Shown here: positions 1 through 10,449 of the stretch, piece by piece | Numbering within the stretch: the first letter of the stretch is position 1 | Layout of the letters: every line of letters begins with the position of its first letter | Assembly: GCA_963737265.1 (NCBI GenBank) | Contig: CAVTRY010000013.1 | Span: 416,001-480,000 of the forward strand | DNA length: 64,000 bases | Reading direction: 5' to 3' | From: an uncultured delta proteobacterium | GTDB taxonomy: Bacteria > Myxococcota_A > Polyangia > Fen-1088 | Made by a program: the position numbers and the translations under genes | Notes under the pieces: generated by a model | What the model was told of the DNA's origin: nothing | Database searches by the model: none | What the model saw: the letters and a program-made list of their open reading frames with translations, nothing else

Positions 1-2
1 TC

Positions 3-437
3 AACCCGTCGTTCGAGGCGGATCGGGTGGCAATGACCCAGCCGGCCGGCTGGACCACGAGCACCACGACCGGCGGCTCCCCTTACGCGAACGTCGGTGG
101 CGGCCACACCGGCAGGTGGAAATGGCGCATGACCGACACCGGCACCTACCAGGCGACGATCGCGCAAACTGTGAACGGACTACCGAACGGGATGTACACG
201 CTCTCCGCCTGGGTTCAAAGCAGCGGCGGGCAATCGGTCGCCCAGCTGTTCGCGCGCAACGGTGGCAGCGCCGGGCAGGACGCTGCCGTCAATGCTGCGA
301 TCCCATCTTGGAAGCAGATCACCATCAACGACATCGCGGTCGCGAATGGGACCCTCCTGATCGGCATCGAGACCACCGCCAGCGCCAACCAGTGGGTTGA
401 CCTCGACGACGTGTCGTTGGTGAAGACGTCCAACTAA
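3..437 (+). CDS. C-terminal carbohydrate-binding module of a secreted glycosidase (5' truncated by window edge)
   Basis: Frame open from base 3: NPSFEAD...GLPNGMYTLSAWVQSSGGQ...W(VD)LDDVSL, a galactose-binding-like CBM pattern. Confidence 0.7.
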   Translation, partial: NPSFEADRVAMTQPAGWTTSTTTGGSPYANVGGGHTGRWKWRMTDTGTYQATIAQTVNGLPNGMYTLSAWVQSSGGQSVAQLFARNGGSAGQDAAVNAAIPSWKQITINDIAVANGTLLIGIETTASANQWVDLDDVSLVKTSN

Positions 438-473
438 GTACGGCCCGTGCGCCGTCTGAATTCATCGACTTGC

Positions 474-2078
474 CTATCGCTTGCGGCGAACGCGCGGGCG
501 ACGGATGGCGAAGACCAGCACGACCAAGAGGACCAGCCCGCCAAGATTGGAGCCGCCGGTGCGAGAGACGCCGCACCCGCAGCCGGCCTTGCCCGGCGAC
601 GAGACGGGAGAGCCGTTACCAGCGCCGCCGGAGCCGTCTCCGCCGCCCGCGCCGCCGGAGCCGTCTCCGCCGCCCGCGCCGCCGGAACCCGCGAGGCGTG
701 TGCCGCCGCTCCCCACGGTGGATGACATCGCGCCGCCTGTGCCGTCTGCTCCTCCCGAACCGAGGGGCTCGGTGCCTCCGCCGCCCGCGCCGCCGGAACC
801 CGCGAGGCGTGTGCCGCCGCTCCCCACGGTGGACGATGTCGCGCCGCCCGTGCCGTTTGTGCCCCCCGAACCGAGGGGCCCGGTACCTCCGTCTTCGCCG
901 CCCGCGCCACCGCCGCTGCCCGTCGCGATGGCAGAGCCGCCGGCGCCGGCCGCGCCTGCCCCGCCGGAGCCCGCACCGCCCGCCCCGCCAGTGGACCTGC
1001 CGCCGCTGCCGCTTGCACCGCCACTGGCAGCGCCCGCGACGCCGCCCTGCCCACTCTGCCCGCCCTGGCCACCCGACGTCGTTTGGTGGCAAGGTTTGAG
1101 CGGCGTCGTCGACATCGCTCCCACGAGCGGCCAGTTGTCGATCGACCACGTGAGCTCGTTCTCGCCCAAGATCGACGTTTCCGTCGGGTAGTAGTGGTAG
1201 GTGAAGCGCTGGGCGCCACAGTCGTCGTAAATCCCCATGTGGCCAGGTCCGTGGATATTGGCGATGCTGGCATAGAAGATGCGATTGCCGGCGTAAGGGC
1301 CGGTGATATTTCCCTGCGAGCGCGCCACGTAGATCGTATACGTGCTGGCGGTCCCGGCACAACAACCTCCCTCGTTCCAGAACAGGTAGTAATAGCCGTT
1401 GCGATAATACACGTACGACGCTTCCCGGCGCCCGGTCTCTAGAGCGTACCCGAGCACGGTCGGTGGCTTGTAGGCGCTGTCGGAAGCGAGAGGCAGCCCC
1501 GTGGTGTCGTCCAGGCGGGTGAGCCACAGCTGGGTGCGGGACTGGTCCTTGCCATATCCGCTGCCCCAAGAGAGCCAGAGATTGGCCGAGGGATCGACGA
1601 TGGGCGCCGGATCGATCGTCGCGAATTGATAGGTCGCGTCGAGGGTGGGGTTGTTCACCGCCACGCCTTCGTCGGTCAGCTTGAAATCGGGAGAGGTCGA
1701 GTCGAGCGTCGGTGTCGTGTAAAGCCCGATCACACACGGAGCATTGGGCAGCGATGCGCAGAACGAATAGTAGATGTAGTACTTGTTCCGGACAAAAAGG
1801 ATGTCCGGCGCCCAGATGCCGGCCGTGCCGGTAGGGGCATACTTGGTCGACCATGCGGGGATCGTCAGCTTGAGACCGGTGGCTGACCACACGAGGCCGT
1901 CGTTCGACGAGGCGCACGTGCCGCCCGTCGAGCAAAAATAGAACTTCCCGTTCGACTCGACGATGCGCGAAGGATCGTGGGTTGCGTTGGCGCCACTCGT
2001 CTGCGCGAACGCCGCACGGTGGGCGAGCAGGCCGAGCGAGAGGACCACCAAGCAGGCGGACAGACGTCGCGTCGTCAT
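474..2078 (-). CDS. GH43 arabinanase-like glycoside hydrolase with Gly/Ser linker and MYXO-CTERM-like tail
   Basis: Signal peptide; HDP, WAPD, IDP, REASY and HGPGH GH43 motifs; C-terminal GCGC + TM helix + RRPRVRRKR. Confidence 0.85.
   Translation of the reverse strand: MTTRRLSACLVVLSLGLLAHRAAFAQTSGANATHDPSRIVESNGKFYFCSTGGTCASSNDGLVWSATGLKLTIPAWSTKYAPTGTAGIWAPDILFVRNKYYIYYSFCASLPNAPCVIGLYTTPTLDSTSPDFKLTDEGVAVNNPTLDATYQFATIDPAPIVDPSANLWLSWGSGYGKDQSRTQLWLTRLDDTTGLPLASDSAYKPPTVLGYALETGRREASYVYYRNGYYYLFWNEGGCCAGTASTYTIYVARSQGNITGPYAGNRIFYASIANIHGPGHMGIYDDCGAQRFTYHYYPTETSILGENELTWSIDNWPLVGAMSTTPLKPCHQTTSGGQGGQSGQGGVAGAASGGASGSGGRSTGGAGGAGSGGAGAAGAGGSAIATGSGGGAGGEDGGTGPLGSGGTNGTGGATSSTVGSGGTRLAGSGGAGGGGTEPLGSGGADGTGGAMSSTVGSGGTRLAGSGGAGGGDGSGGAGGGDGSGGAGNGSPVSSPGKAGCGCGVSRTGGSNLGGLVLLVVLVFAIRRPRVRRKR
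670..893. repeat. Two imperfect 111-bp tandem copies (plus 27-bp units just upstream) encoding the Gly-rich linker
   Basis: ccgcccgcgccgccggaacccgcgaggcgtgtgccgcc occurs at 670 and 781. Confidence 0.85.
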
Positions 2079-2259
2079 GGAAGCACAAAGGGGGTGGCGA
2101 ACGCATTTGTGGTGCATGGAGCGAGTCGTTTCAAGCGCCATTTTGCCCTAACCAAGTCGCATCTGTAAAGCGGCCCCTGACCAATTTTGGTCCTATCTTC
2201 AACGCGCGGGAAGCCTTTGAGGGTGTGAGACGCTCGGCTTGAGCTGTCGGTCGCCTCGA

Positions 2260-3312
2260 TCATACGCGCGCGGGCGACTCCAGCGGCAGGCGGATGTGAA
2301 AGGTCGTCCCTTTCCCGACCTCGGTGTCGAAGGCCACGGTGCCGCCGTGTTTGTCGACCACCACGCTACGGGCGATGGCCAGCCCCTGGCCGGTCCCCTT
2401 GCCCACCTCCTTGGTGGTGAAGAAGGGGTCGAAGACCCGCGCGCGGATCGCCTCGGGAATGCCGGCCCCCGTGTCGGAGATGGAGATGCGCACGAATGCG
2501 CCCTCGTGCCGGGTCTCGAGGCGGATGGTGCCCCGCGCCCCAGTCCCGTGGACCTTGGCCGCGATGGCGTGGGCGGCGTTCACGATGACGTTGAGGAAGA
2601 CCTGGTTAAGCTCGCTCACGTGGCAGAACACCTGCGGCAGCTCGCCGAGGTCGACCTCCGTCTCGGCCACATCCTTGTACTCGTTGCGGGCGATCGTGAG
2701 CGTGGCGGAGAGGGCGCGGTTCAGGTCGGCGTGGGCCTTCTCCTTCTGGTCGGGGTGCGCGAACTCCTTCATCGATTGGACCAGGATGGCCACGCGGTTC
2801 AGCCCTTCGAGCGAGCGCTCGAAGGCCCGGGGACCGTTCTCCAGCAGATAGTCGAGGTCGGCCTCCGCTTCGGCGCGCTCCAACTCCGCGAGGAGCTCCG
2901 AATCGACCGGACCGGCCGCGGCGGCGGTGCGCAGCTCGCGGTAGCGCCGCACCAGCGCCGGGAGGCTACCAAAGCCCTCACGCAAGAAGTGGACGTTGTC
3001 GCTCACGAACTGGATCGGGGTGTTGATCTCGTGGGCGATCCCCGCAGCCAGCCGGCCCACCGACTCCAGCTTACTTGCCTGCATCAGCTCCGACTGCGCC
3101 ACCTTGAGGTTCGTGAGCGCCTGTCGCAACTCCTGCCCCTCAGCTACCAGCAGCCGGGTCTTCTCCGCCACCACCCGCTCCAGGGCGATGTTCTGCTCCA
3201 GCACCGCGAAGGCCGAGTCGCCGCTGGCGACCTTGTCCTCCACTCGGCGCATCAGTGCGGCGATGGTCTTCTGGGCAGCGGCAAGCTGCTCCTCAAGCGT
3301 CAGGCGCTCCAT
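2260..3312 (-). CDS. Soluble histidine kinase coupled to the NosP-like FIST protein
   Basis: HEINTPIQF H-box, N, G1, F (DPFFTTK) and G2 boxes; coiled N-terminus, no sensor domain; overlaps the upstream FIST gene by 13 nt. Confidence 0.85.
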   Translation of the reverse strand: MERLTLEEQLAAAQKTIAALMRRVEDKVASGDSAFAVLEQNIALERVVAEKTRLLVAEGQELRQALTNLKVAQSELMQASKLESVGRLAAGIAHEINTPIQFVSDNVHFLREGFGSLPALVRRYRELRTAAAAGPVDSELLAELERAEAEADLDYLLENGPRAFERSLEGLNRVAILVQSMKEFAHPDQKEKAHADLNRALSATLTIARNEYKDVAETEVDLGELPQVFCHVSELNQVFLNVIVNAAHAIAAKVHGTGARGTIRLETRHEGAFVRISISDTGAGIPEAIRARVFDPFFTTKEVGKGTGQGLAIARSVVVDKHGGTVAFDTEVGKGTTFHIRLPLESPARV

Positions 3313-4472
3313 GCCCGCTCCCCGAGCGCCACGCCCGCGAAGGTCTGGTTCATGTGTAGCGCGTTGTTTTGCTCTCCGTAGGTACTGAAGCCGAGGACCC
3401 GATGCGACGCCAGAAGCCCGCCTATCCGCGCGTCGAGGCCGCGGCGCTCCTGCTCCAGCCGACGGAGGACGCAATCGCAGCCGAGGATAAGCTGGGGCGG
3501 TCCGATGGCCCGCTCGACGGCGCGCAGGCCCTCCTCTAGCGGGGCCACCGGATCGAGAACCTCCCCCAGTGTCAGCACCAGCCCCTCCTCGATGGCACAG
3601 TAGAAGACCAGGCTGCCGTCCGGGTTCACGCGCTGGATGCTGCGCACGTGGTAGTCGGAGCCGAAGCGCAGCAGCAGGGGGTGCTGCGAGTAGATGCTGG
3701 CGTCGAGCCGAGCGACAGAGATGCCGAGGAGCCGGGCGTAGCCCCGGGCGGCGGGAAGCCCGTCGATCTCCCGCACCAACCGCCGAGCAGAGTCGGAAGC
3801 GGTGATCACCAGCTGGCGGCAGGTGGCGGCCACGTCGCGCACGACGAAGGTGCTGAACTCGACGGAGGTCTCGAAGAACGCGAAGACCGCCGCCCCAGAG
3901 AGAAATTCGCCGTCCCAGTAGATTGCGGTCCGCTCGAACCGGAGGTCGTCGCCGGCCAATCCGCCGACGATCGGCACGTCACCCAGCGACTGGTACAGCG
4001 CCGCGGCCAAGCCCTCCTCGCAGCCCGAGAGCCCGTCGACAAGGAGCAGGCCGAATGCATGGCGACCGCTCGGCGCGCGCTCAAGGTGGGACCGAATCTG
4101 CCCCCCCACCTCGGCCGCGCGCTGACGGCACTCCGAGACCGGCGTGACCAGGAAGGGACGGACGTCGATATCGCCCGCCAGGCTCGCCCCCACCAGCCCG
4201 CCTTGCTGGTAGCCGTCCGGCCCGATCTGGCCGGCGGTGGTGCAACCGATCACCGGGCAGGAGAACGCCTCGCGGAGTGCCCTGCCCAGCCGGTGCAAGT
4301 CGTAGGCGGGCGAGCAAAACAGCACCGCCGCGCGCATCTCGGGTTGGTCGATGGCCTCGCGGATCTGCTGCACGGCCAGCCGGGGGTCGGGCGAGAGCGA
4401 GGAGCCCCGCCGCGCGGTAAGGCGCGGCACTTCGTCCCGGCGGCTCGCCTGCGGGTCGCGGCTGGGGGTCAA
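3300..4472 (-). CDS. nosP: FIST-domain protein, NosP-like (candidate NO/heme sensor)
   Basis: VIGCTTAGQI, LLVDGLS, GGLAGDD, GCDCVLRR, GFSTYGEQ..LHMNQTF motifs. Confidence 0.7.
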   Translation of the reverse strand: MTPSRDPQASRRDEVPRLTARRGSSLSPDPRLAVQQIREAIDQPEMRAAVLFCSPAYDLHRLGRALREAFSCPVIGCTTAGQIGPDGYQQGGLVGASLAGDIDVRPFLVTPVSECRQRAAEVGGQIRSHLERAPSGRHAFGLLLVDGLSGCEEGLAAALYQSLGDVPIVGGLAGDDLRFERTAIYWDGEFLSGAAVFAFFETSVEFSTFVVRDVAATCRQLVITASDSARRLVREIDGLPAARGYARLLGISVARLDASIYSQHPLLLRFGSDYHVRSIQRVNPDGSLVFYCAIEEGLVLTLGEVLDPVAPLEEGLRAVERAIGPPQLILGCDCVLRRLEQERRGLDARIGGLLASHRVLGFSTYGEQNNALHMNQTFAGVALGERAWSA

Positions 4473-5920
4473 GAGGCTCCCGACAGTGGCAGGTTGGCAA
4501 TCGGATCGGAAACGCCGGTGGCCACCGATTCCGGAAGCGTGGCCGGGATATGGACGTAGAAGGTCGTGCCTTTACCTATCTCTGTTTCGAAGGTGATCTT
4601 GCCACCATGTTGTTCCACCACCACGGAGTGCGCCAAGGCAAGCCCTTGCCCGGTGCCTTTGCCCACCCCTTTCGTCGTGAAGAAGGGATCGAAAATCTTG
4701 CTTTGCGCCGCCAGCGGTATGCCGGTGCCGGTGTCGCCGATGGCGACCACAACGTGGTTCTCCTCCAGATGCGTCCGCACCCTAATCGTGCCCCGCTGGC
4801 CGGATTTTCCGACCACGTCGGCGATGGCGTGCGCAGCATTCACAAGAAGGTTGAGGAACACTTGGTTGAGGTCACTCAGGAAACATGACACGGCTGGAAT
4901 GTCGCCATACTCGGTTTCAACCTTGGCGACGTACTTGAGCTCGTTCGTGGCCACGGTGAGCGTGTTGCGCAGGGCCGAATTGATGTCGGCGGAGGATCGC
5001 TCGCCGCGATCGGGGTGAGCGAAGGCTTTCATCGACTGCACAATCCGGGCGACGCGGCCGACCCCATCGATGGTGGAGGCGATCGAGGTCGGTACGTTCT
5101 GGCGGATGTACTCCAGATCCGCGGTCTCCTCGTCATGCCTCTGCTGAGCGATATCCTCTTGCGAAAGTGGAGCGGTGGCTGCCTTTTCGCACAGCGACCG
5201 GTAGGTGCCACAGAGCGTAATCAGTTGTTCGAACGCACCTGAGAGGAAACTCACGTTGTCCCCGACGAACTGGATTGGAGTATTGATCTCGTGTGCGATA
5301 CCGGCCGCCAATCGGCCGACCGACTCGAGTTTTTGCGAATGCCGGAGCTCCACCTCGAGCCTTTTTTGCTCGGTCACATCCTCAAGCAAGGTGACGATCA
5401 TCTTGGTCCGCCCCTGGGGGTCGAGCACGGCGGTTGCCTGAATATCCGCAAGAAGGGGCTGCGCGCGTTTGGTGACGAGCCGGTGATGGTTTCGGCTCAT
5501 CGTAATACGGGCCGAGGCCAGGTCGGCCACTCTCGCTCTGACTGACTCGGCTTCGTCCCTATCGACAAATTCGCTTACATGTTTACCGACGACCTCTTCG
5601 CTCGGGAATCCGAGCATATCCACCAACGCCTGGTTCGTTTCAAGGATAATGCCTTCTGTGTTGGTGATGGCCGTCCCCCTTGGCGTCGCCTTGAAAATGC
5701 TCGCGAACTTGTCGCGTTCTTCCACGAGCTTGGCGGTGAGATCCTTCATTTCGCGCGAAGACACCTCGATGGAATGCTCGACGAGATAGCGCTCGCGATC
5801 CATCGCGAAATAGACCGAGCTGACCCAGCCCAGCAGCTCTTGCCAATTCTCCGTCGAGGGCGAGGTCGTGGCGTCGAGCCCCAACCGGCGAAGCTGCCTG
5901 CCGAGATGCTGGTGCAGCAC
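4469..5920 (-). CDS. PAS-domain histidine kinase
   Basis: FIST-associated N-terminal helix, PAS/PAC, HEINTPIQF, HATPase_c. Confidence 0.88.
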   Translation of the reverse strand: MLHQHLGRQLRRLGLDATTSPSTENWQELLGWVSSVYFAMDRERYLVEHSIEVSSREMKDLTAKLVEERDKFASIFKATPRGTAITNTEGIILETNQALVDMLGFPSEEVVGKHVSEFVDRDEAESVRARVADLASARITMSRNHHRLVTKRAQPLLADIQATAVLDPQGRTKMIVTLLEDVTEQKRLEVELRHSQKLESVGRLAAGIAHEINTPIQFVGDNVSFLSGAFEQLITLCGTYRSLCEKAATAPLSQEDIAQQRHDEETADLEYIRQNVPTSIASTIDGVGRVARIVQSMKAFAHPDRGERSSADINSALRNTLTVATNELKYVAKVETEYGDIPAVSCFLSDLNQVFLNLLVNAAHAIADVVGKSGQRGTIRVRTHLEENHVVVAIGDTGTGIPLAAQSKIFDPFFTTKGVGKGTGQGLALAHSVVVEQHGGKITFETEIGKGTTFYVHIPATLPESVATGVSDPIANLPLSGAS

Positions 5921-5923
5921 GAC

Positions 5924-7057
5924 TCAATCCTCCGAGATGGTTGTCAACGTCATGGTTTGGTTGTGCAACTCACAGCGGCCGGTTCCGTAGGGGGATATCT
6001 CTCCATAGGAATAGAAACCGATAAGGTGGCTCTTCTCCGGCAAAACCTCATGCACGGCTTCCACTTCCTCTTCGGCTCGATCGCCAAGGACCAACCTTCG
6101 TCCAACGCAGCTGATGGCGATGGCGAGAAGCTCCGATGTGCTGTCCTTCCTCGCCAATCGTGCGGCTTCTCCGGCCCCGTCCACCAGTCGGTCGAAGTTG
6201 GCCCGCATGAACCTGACCAGGCTGCCTTGGGGCATGTCGCCGGCAAAGGTCATGGATTCCGCCTTCTCGTCGATGGACAAGATGGTGCGGACCAGCTTGG
6301 CATCGCTGCCCTCTTCGCGGCGAAGGTCGAGCGGAAAGAGCAAGGCGTTGGATGGAAGGCCAGCGGCAAGATCGCCGAGGTAGAGCTTGTAGAGTCCGAG
6401 GGCCGACTTGCCGTCTATCTCGTAGAGGACATTTCCCGCCGAGCGGGTGATGAGGCGCTCGGGGCCGAACACGTCCCAGCCCCCTTTGGAGCCGTGGCCG
6501 ATGGCCACGCGTTCGCCGTAGAACCCAAGCGCGGAAATCCAACCGCTCTCACGATGCCGACCATTGAGAACCCAGGTTTTCGCGAAACGGTCGCCGTCGC
6601 CGGCAAGACCACCCGTGACGACCGTGTTCTCGGGAAGTACCGCATTGAGCCCTTGCACGAGTTCGCTTCCGTTCACGCAAAGTCCATCGGAGATCACCAG
6701 AACCCCGCGCAAGTCTGGCGCGTTTAGCTTGCGCGCAATCATTTGCCCGGCTTCGTTTGAATCCGCGACCGCGTGGACGGGGACCGATGTCGACCTGAGC
6801 TTCGTTCCATCGAACCGACAGACCGCGACGGCGATGCTGTGGTCATGGATGGATTTATCGAGAATCTCACCGGCCGTGGAGCAGCCGACGAGATGAGCGC
6901 GCGGATAGGCGGCCGACAATTCGCCGAGGCGGGGCGCGCAGGTTTCGTCCCCGGGACAGCCGAATGCCAGCACCAACGTCGACTCGGAATCGAGGTCGGG
7001 GAAAACGGGCACGGACCATCCCCGGTTTGGTTGAAAAGAAAAGGTTTCTATTTGCAT
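5924..7057 (-). CDS. FIST-domain signal transduction protein
   Basis: GCSTAGEI, SDGLCVNG, GGLAGDG, SCVGRR, GFYSYGEI, HNQTMT motifs. Confidence 0.9.
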   Translation of the reverse strand: MQIETFSFQPNRGWSVPVFPDLDSESTLVLAFGCPGDETCAPRLGELSAAYPRAHLVGCSTAGEILDKSIHDHSIAVAVCRFDGTKLRSTSVPVHAVADSNEAGQMIARKLNAPDLRGVLVISDGLCVNGSELVQGLNAVLPENTVVTGGLAGDGDRFAKTWVLNGRHRESGWISALGFYGERVAIGHGSKGGWDVFGPERLITRSAGNVLYEIDGKSALGLYKLYLGDLAAGLPSNALLFPLDLRREEGSDAKLVRTILSIDEKAESMTFAGDMPQGSLVRFMRANFDRLVDGAGEAARLARKDSTSELLAIAISCVGRRLVLGDRAEEEVEAVHEVLPEKSHLIGFYSYGEISPYGTGRCELHNQTMTLTTISED

Positions 7058-7073
7058 GCTGAGTCTCGCATCG

Positions 7074-8234
7074 CTAAGTCTTGCTTGAGGGATCTGCCGG
7101 AACGAAGACAGTGAGTGGCTCGCGCACAGTGCCCTTGGGCAAGTTGCGGAGTCGGTGCAGAAGCCCCAGGGTCACTTCCTGGCCGCGGGCAACGAGGAGT
7201 AGGCCAGTCGTAGAGCTGACCCCTTGGGCCAAAAACATCCCAGGACGAACGCCCGCCAGCCCCACTTCGCACAGACCGCGCGGTGGGGCATCGGTCTTGA
7301 GACGAATGAAGGCATCCAGAAGCTTGGGGTCGTAGCGGCCTTTGCGCGCCCGCAAGGTTCCCATGGCCATCTCGGGCTCGCAGCCCGAGGCTTCGAGAAT
7401 GTCATGATCTCCGACGATCTTGAGCACGCGCGCACCGAGGGGGATCGCTTCTCCTTTGGCCGCGCCGGCCGGACTGCCCGTGCCATCGAAATTGCTCGCC
7501 TCGCTCTGTAGGATCGCACGCACTGCTTCGAGCCGGGGAATGCTGTCGAGCAGTTGCACCGCGAGGGCGGGCAGGTGCTGGACGAGCTCTGCCTCCTCGT
7601 TGCTCAGCGGCTTTCCGTAGTAGAGCTTCTCGTGGGTACTGGGAGGCAGAGTGATGCAGCCGATCTGCGAGAGCATCGCCGCCACTTCGATCTGCCAGGA
7701 GACGGGCAACCCCAGAGCCGCGACCAACTCAGTCGACTGTTGCTTGAGGCGAATGGCGCGACCGAACGCCAACGGATTGGTGAGAGAAAGGATGTCGGTG
7801 AGTGCCTTGATGCTGCCGCGCAGGGTCTGTTCGAGCAATACACGCTCGGCGGTGATCAAACGATGTTGCTCGGCAGCCGCTTGGATAGCGACCAGAAGCG
7901 TCGGTGCATTGCAGGGCTTGGTGAGAAAGCGGAAAATCTGGCCGTGGTTCACCGCCGCGATGGCCGATTCGATGTCGGCTTGTCCGGTAAGCAAGAGCCG
8001 CACCGAATCTGGGGACTTCTCCCTGACTCGGCTTAAGAAAACGGCGCCATCCATCTCCGGCATGCGCATGTCGGAAACGACGATCGCAGGGGAATCGTTG
8101 CCCTCGACGATGGCAAGCCCAGCCAAACCGTTGGCGGCGGTCGACATCCGGAAATGCCGCCGCAAGTTGAGAACGAGCCCTTCGAGCACTTTGGGCTCGT
8201 CGTCCACGCACAAGACATGAATTTGGTCGCCCAT
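7074..8234 (-). CDS. Response regulator with degenerate HD-GYP-like domain
   Basis: REC (VDDE, SDMRMP, FLTKP); LSQIG in place of LHDIG and DGTGSP in place of DGxGYP; IPLGAR. Confidence 0.85.
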   Translation of the reverse strand: MGDQIHVLCVDDEPKVLEGLVLNLRRHFRMSTAANGLAGLAIVEGNDSPAIVVSDMRMPEMDGAVFLSRVREKSPDSVRLLLTGQADIESAIAAVNHGQIFRFLTKPCNAPTLLVAIQAAAEQHRLITAERVLLEQTLRGSIKALTDILSLTNPLAFGRAIRLKQQSTELVAALGLPVSWQIEVAAMLSQIGCITLPPSTHEKLYYGKPLSNEEAELVQHLPALAVQLLDSIPRLEAVRAILQSEASNFDGTGSPAGAAKGEAIPLGARVLKIVGDHDILEASGCEPEMAMGTLRARKGRYDPKLLDAFIRLKTDAPPRGLCEVGLAGVRPGMFLAQGVSSTTGLLLVARGQEVTLGLLHRLRNLPKGTVREPLTVFVPADPSSKT

Positions 8235-8250
8235 TGTGTCTCCAACCCGG

Positions 8251-9435
8251 CTATCCGGCAGTCTTCCCGGCGAGTCGCCTGGCCATCGTGCGCATGCGCT
8301 CGACCTCATTCTTGTCGATGCCTATGCGCCCGAGATAGTCGAGGTCCATTCCCTCGGATTCTGAGCTCAACTCCCCGATCTGCTCCCCGGCCAAGTGGTG
8401 GGCGACGTAGAGCCGGTCTACCAGCTCGAAACTCGCATGCGGGATGAGTTGAGGATCGCGATGGTAGGCCACCGCTTCCGTGATCGGGTGGGGCAAACCC
8501 CACAGGCCGAGCAAGTAGGCGCCGAGGAGGGCCCGGTCGACTGGTGGCGGTGTGGCAGTGGTCTTTTCCGGAGCTTGGACCGCCACGAGCCACCCAACCT
8601 CGTGCAAAACGCCAGCGAGGAATGACTCTTCCGCTTTGTTCTGGTCTCGAGAGTCGATCCGTCTCGCAATCTGGCCAGCCAAGAGCGAGTGGTCCTGCAA
8701 AGCATTGAGCTCGCCTCCCGAAAGCCCACATGATCGCGAAGCCGAGGAGAATGCCTCGAGGGTCATGGCCAGGTTTTTGATAGTGAGGGTCCCGATGTAG
8801 GTGACGGCCTCGTTGAGTGAAGTGATCTTGCGCGGCAAGCCGAAAAAGGCGGAGTTGACGAGCTGGAGGATCTTGGCGCAGACGCCCACGTCGCGCTCGA
8901 TGATCCTGGCCACGTCGTTCACGGTGCAATTGGGTCTAATGAGTGCCTCGTTGAGCGCGACATAGGTCTTCGGCGCGGCCGGCAGCATGTCGACCCGTCC
9001 AGCCGCCGCTCGCAATTCTTCGCTATTCAGCATCGAATTGAGACGGCATGCCCGGTCTACAATCCTCTTGAGGGAATCGGGGTCGCAGGGCTTGGACAAG
9101 AACATGTGCGCTATGAAGACCGACTTCAACACGGTCTCCTGCTCCGTTTGGCCGGTGAGGATCATGCGCACCGCCTTGGGTTGGAGACGTTTGACCTCGC
9201 TGAGCAGTGTCGCCCCATCCATTTGCGGCATGCGCATGTCGCTGACCACCACGTCGAAAGGTTGGTCCGCGAGCTTGGCCAGCGCCGCCTCAGGCCCCAA
9301 GGCGAAGACCATTTCCCACTGATGTCGCTGGGACCGCAACACGTTGCGGAGCCCAGATAGAACATTCGGCTCGTCATCGACGAAGAGGATGCGCTTCAAG
9401 GCCGTGGTCTCCGGCTTGGAACTCGTGTCCGACAT
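8251..9435 (-). CDS. Response regulator with HDOD domain
   Basis: REC domain, then AKILQLVNSAFFG and GAYLLGLWGLP HDOD motifs; start may lie up to 9540. Confidence 0.88.
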   Translation of the reverse strand: MSDTSSKPETTALKRILFVDDEPNVLSGLRNVLRSQRHQWEMVFALGPEAALAKLADQPFDVVVSDMRMPQMDGATLLSEVKRLQPKAVRMILTGQTEQETVLKSVFIAHMFLSKPCDPDSLKRIVDRACRLNSMLNSEELRAAAGRVDMLPAAPKTYVALNEALIRPNCTVNDVARIIERDVGVCAKILQLVNSAFFGLPRKITSLNEAVTYIGTLTIKNLAMTLEAFSSASRSCGLSGGELNALQDHSLLAGQIARRIDSRDQNKAEESFLAGVLHEVGWLVAVQAPEKTTATPPPVDRALLGAYLLGLWGLPHPITEAVAYHRDPQLIPHASFELVDRLYVAHHLAGEQIGELSSESEGMDLDYLGRIGIDKNEVERMRTMARRLAGKTAG

Positions 9436-9540
9436 GCTTTTGGGGCTTCCATCCTTACCGTTGGCGAAGAAGGTCGCCACCAGCTCAGGCGCAAAGATCA
9501 TCGGCGGGGATCGGATCGATCTTGATGCCGCCTTGGGCAC

Positions 9541-10434
9541 CTACTTCGCGGTCCAAGGACTTACTCGATTCCTGCCTGCCGATTTGGAAGCATAAAGGGC
9601 CTTGTCTGCGCGGAGCAGGATCTCTTCGACGCTGACCCGTTCCGCTCCGTCGAACGCAGCGACGCCAAGGCTGATAGTCAGTCCAGGACCGATTTTTCCC
9701 TGTGGAAGATAAAGCCCTTCGACTGCTTTTCGGACGCGTTCGCAGACCGTTGCCGCGCCATCGTCGGGTGTGTCAGGAAGAAGCAGCGCCAGTTCTTCGC
9801 CGCCGTAGCGGAAGATCTCGTCGGAGCTGCGACAAGCCCGGCGAATGACGTCGCTCACTGCTCGCAGGGCCTCGTCGCCAGCCACGTGGCCGTAACTGTC
9901 GTTGTAGCATTTGAAGTGGTCTACGTCCGCGATAGCCAGGGAATACGGCCGCCCATGTCGCAACGCCAGGCTGTGATTCCGAAGGAGCGCTTTGTCGAAC
10001 GCCCGCCGATTGCCGATGCCGAGCAAGTGGTCTTCCAGCGCCAGCGCCTGCGCGGCCGCCTGGAACGTATACTGAGCGGATGCGCTCGCCATTGCTTCTT
10101 CAAGCTCGCCATCGGGGCAGGGCTTGAATAGCATCTTGAAGATTCCGCCGGAGTTGATCGCTGCGGCTGCCACCTGCATGTCTCCGTGCCCGGTCAGCAT
10201 CACCCGCACCAGGTGAGGAAATTCGTCTCGGACTCGAGACAGGACTTCGATGCCATCCATGTCTGGCATCCGGAAATCGCAGACGATGACAGAGAAGCCA
10301 GAGTCTTCGGCCAACTTTTTGAGCGCCTGTGGGCCGCCCTGCGCCACTTCCACGTCGTAGTTGCCGTGAAGTCTGCGCCTGATTCCTTGCAGCAGGTCAG
10401 GGTCGTCGTCGACGATGAGCACGCGCGGATGCAT
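9541..10434 (-). CDS. Response regulator diguanylate cyclase (REC-GGDEF)
   Basis: REC; DVDHFK..NDSYGH, RSSD I-site, YGGEEL. Confidence 0.92.
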   Translation of the reverse strand: MHPRVLIVDDDPDLLQGIRRRLHGNYDVEVAQGGPQALKKLAEDSGFSVIVCDFRMPDMDGIEVLSRVRDEFPHLVRVMLTGHGDMQVAAAAINSGGIFKMLFKPCPDGELEEAMASASAQYTFQAAAQALALEDHLLGIGNRRAFDKALLRNHSLALRHGRPYSLAIADVDHFKCYNDSYGHVAGDEALRAVSDVIRRACRSSDEIFRYGGEELALLLPDTPDDGAATVCERVRKAVEGLYLPQGKIGPGLTISLGVAAFDGAERVSVEEILLRADKALYASKSAGRNRVSPWTAK

Positions 10435-10449
10435 GGTGTTCTTGGGGGG

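Noticed and set aside
434-2106. Long Pro/Arg-rich alternate ORFs
   Set aside because: Shadow frames of the GC-rich GH43 gene and its Gly linker
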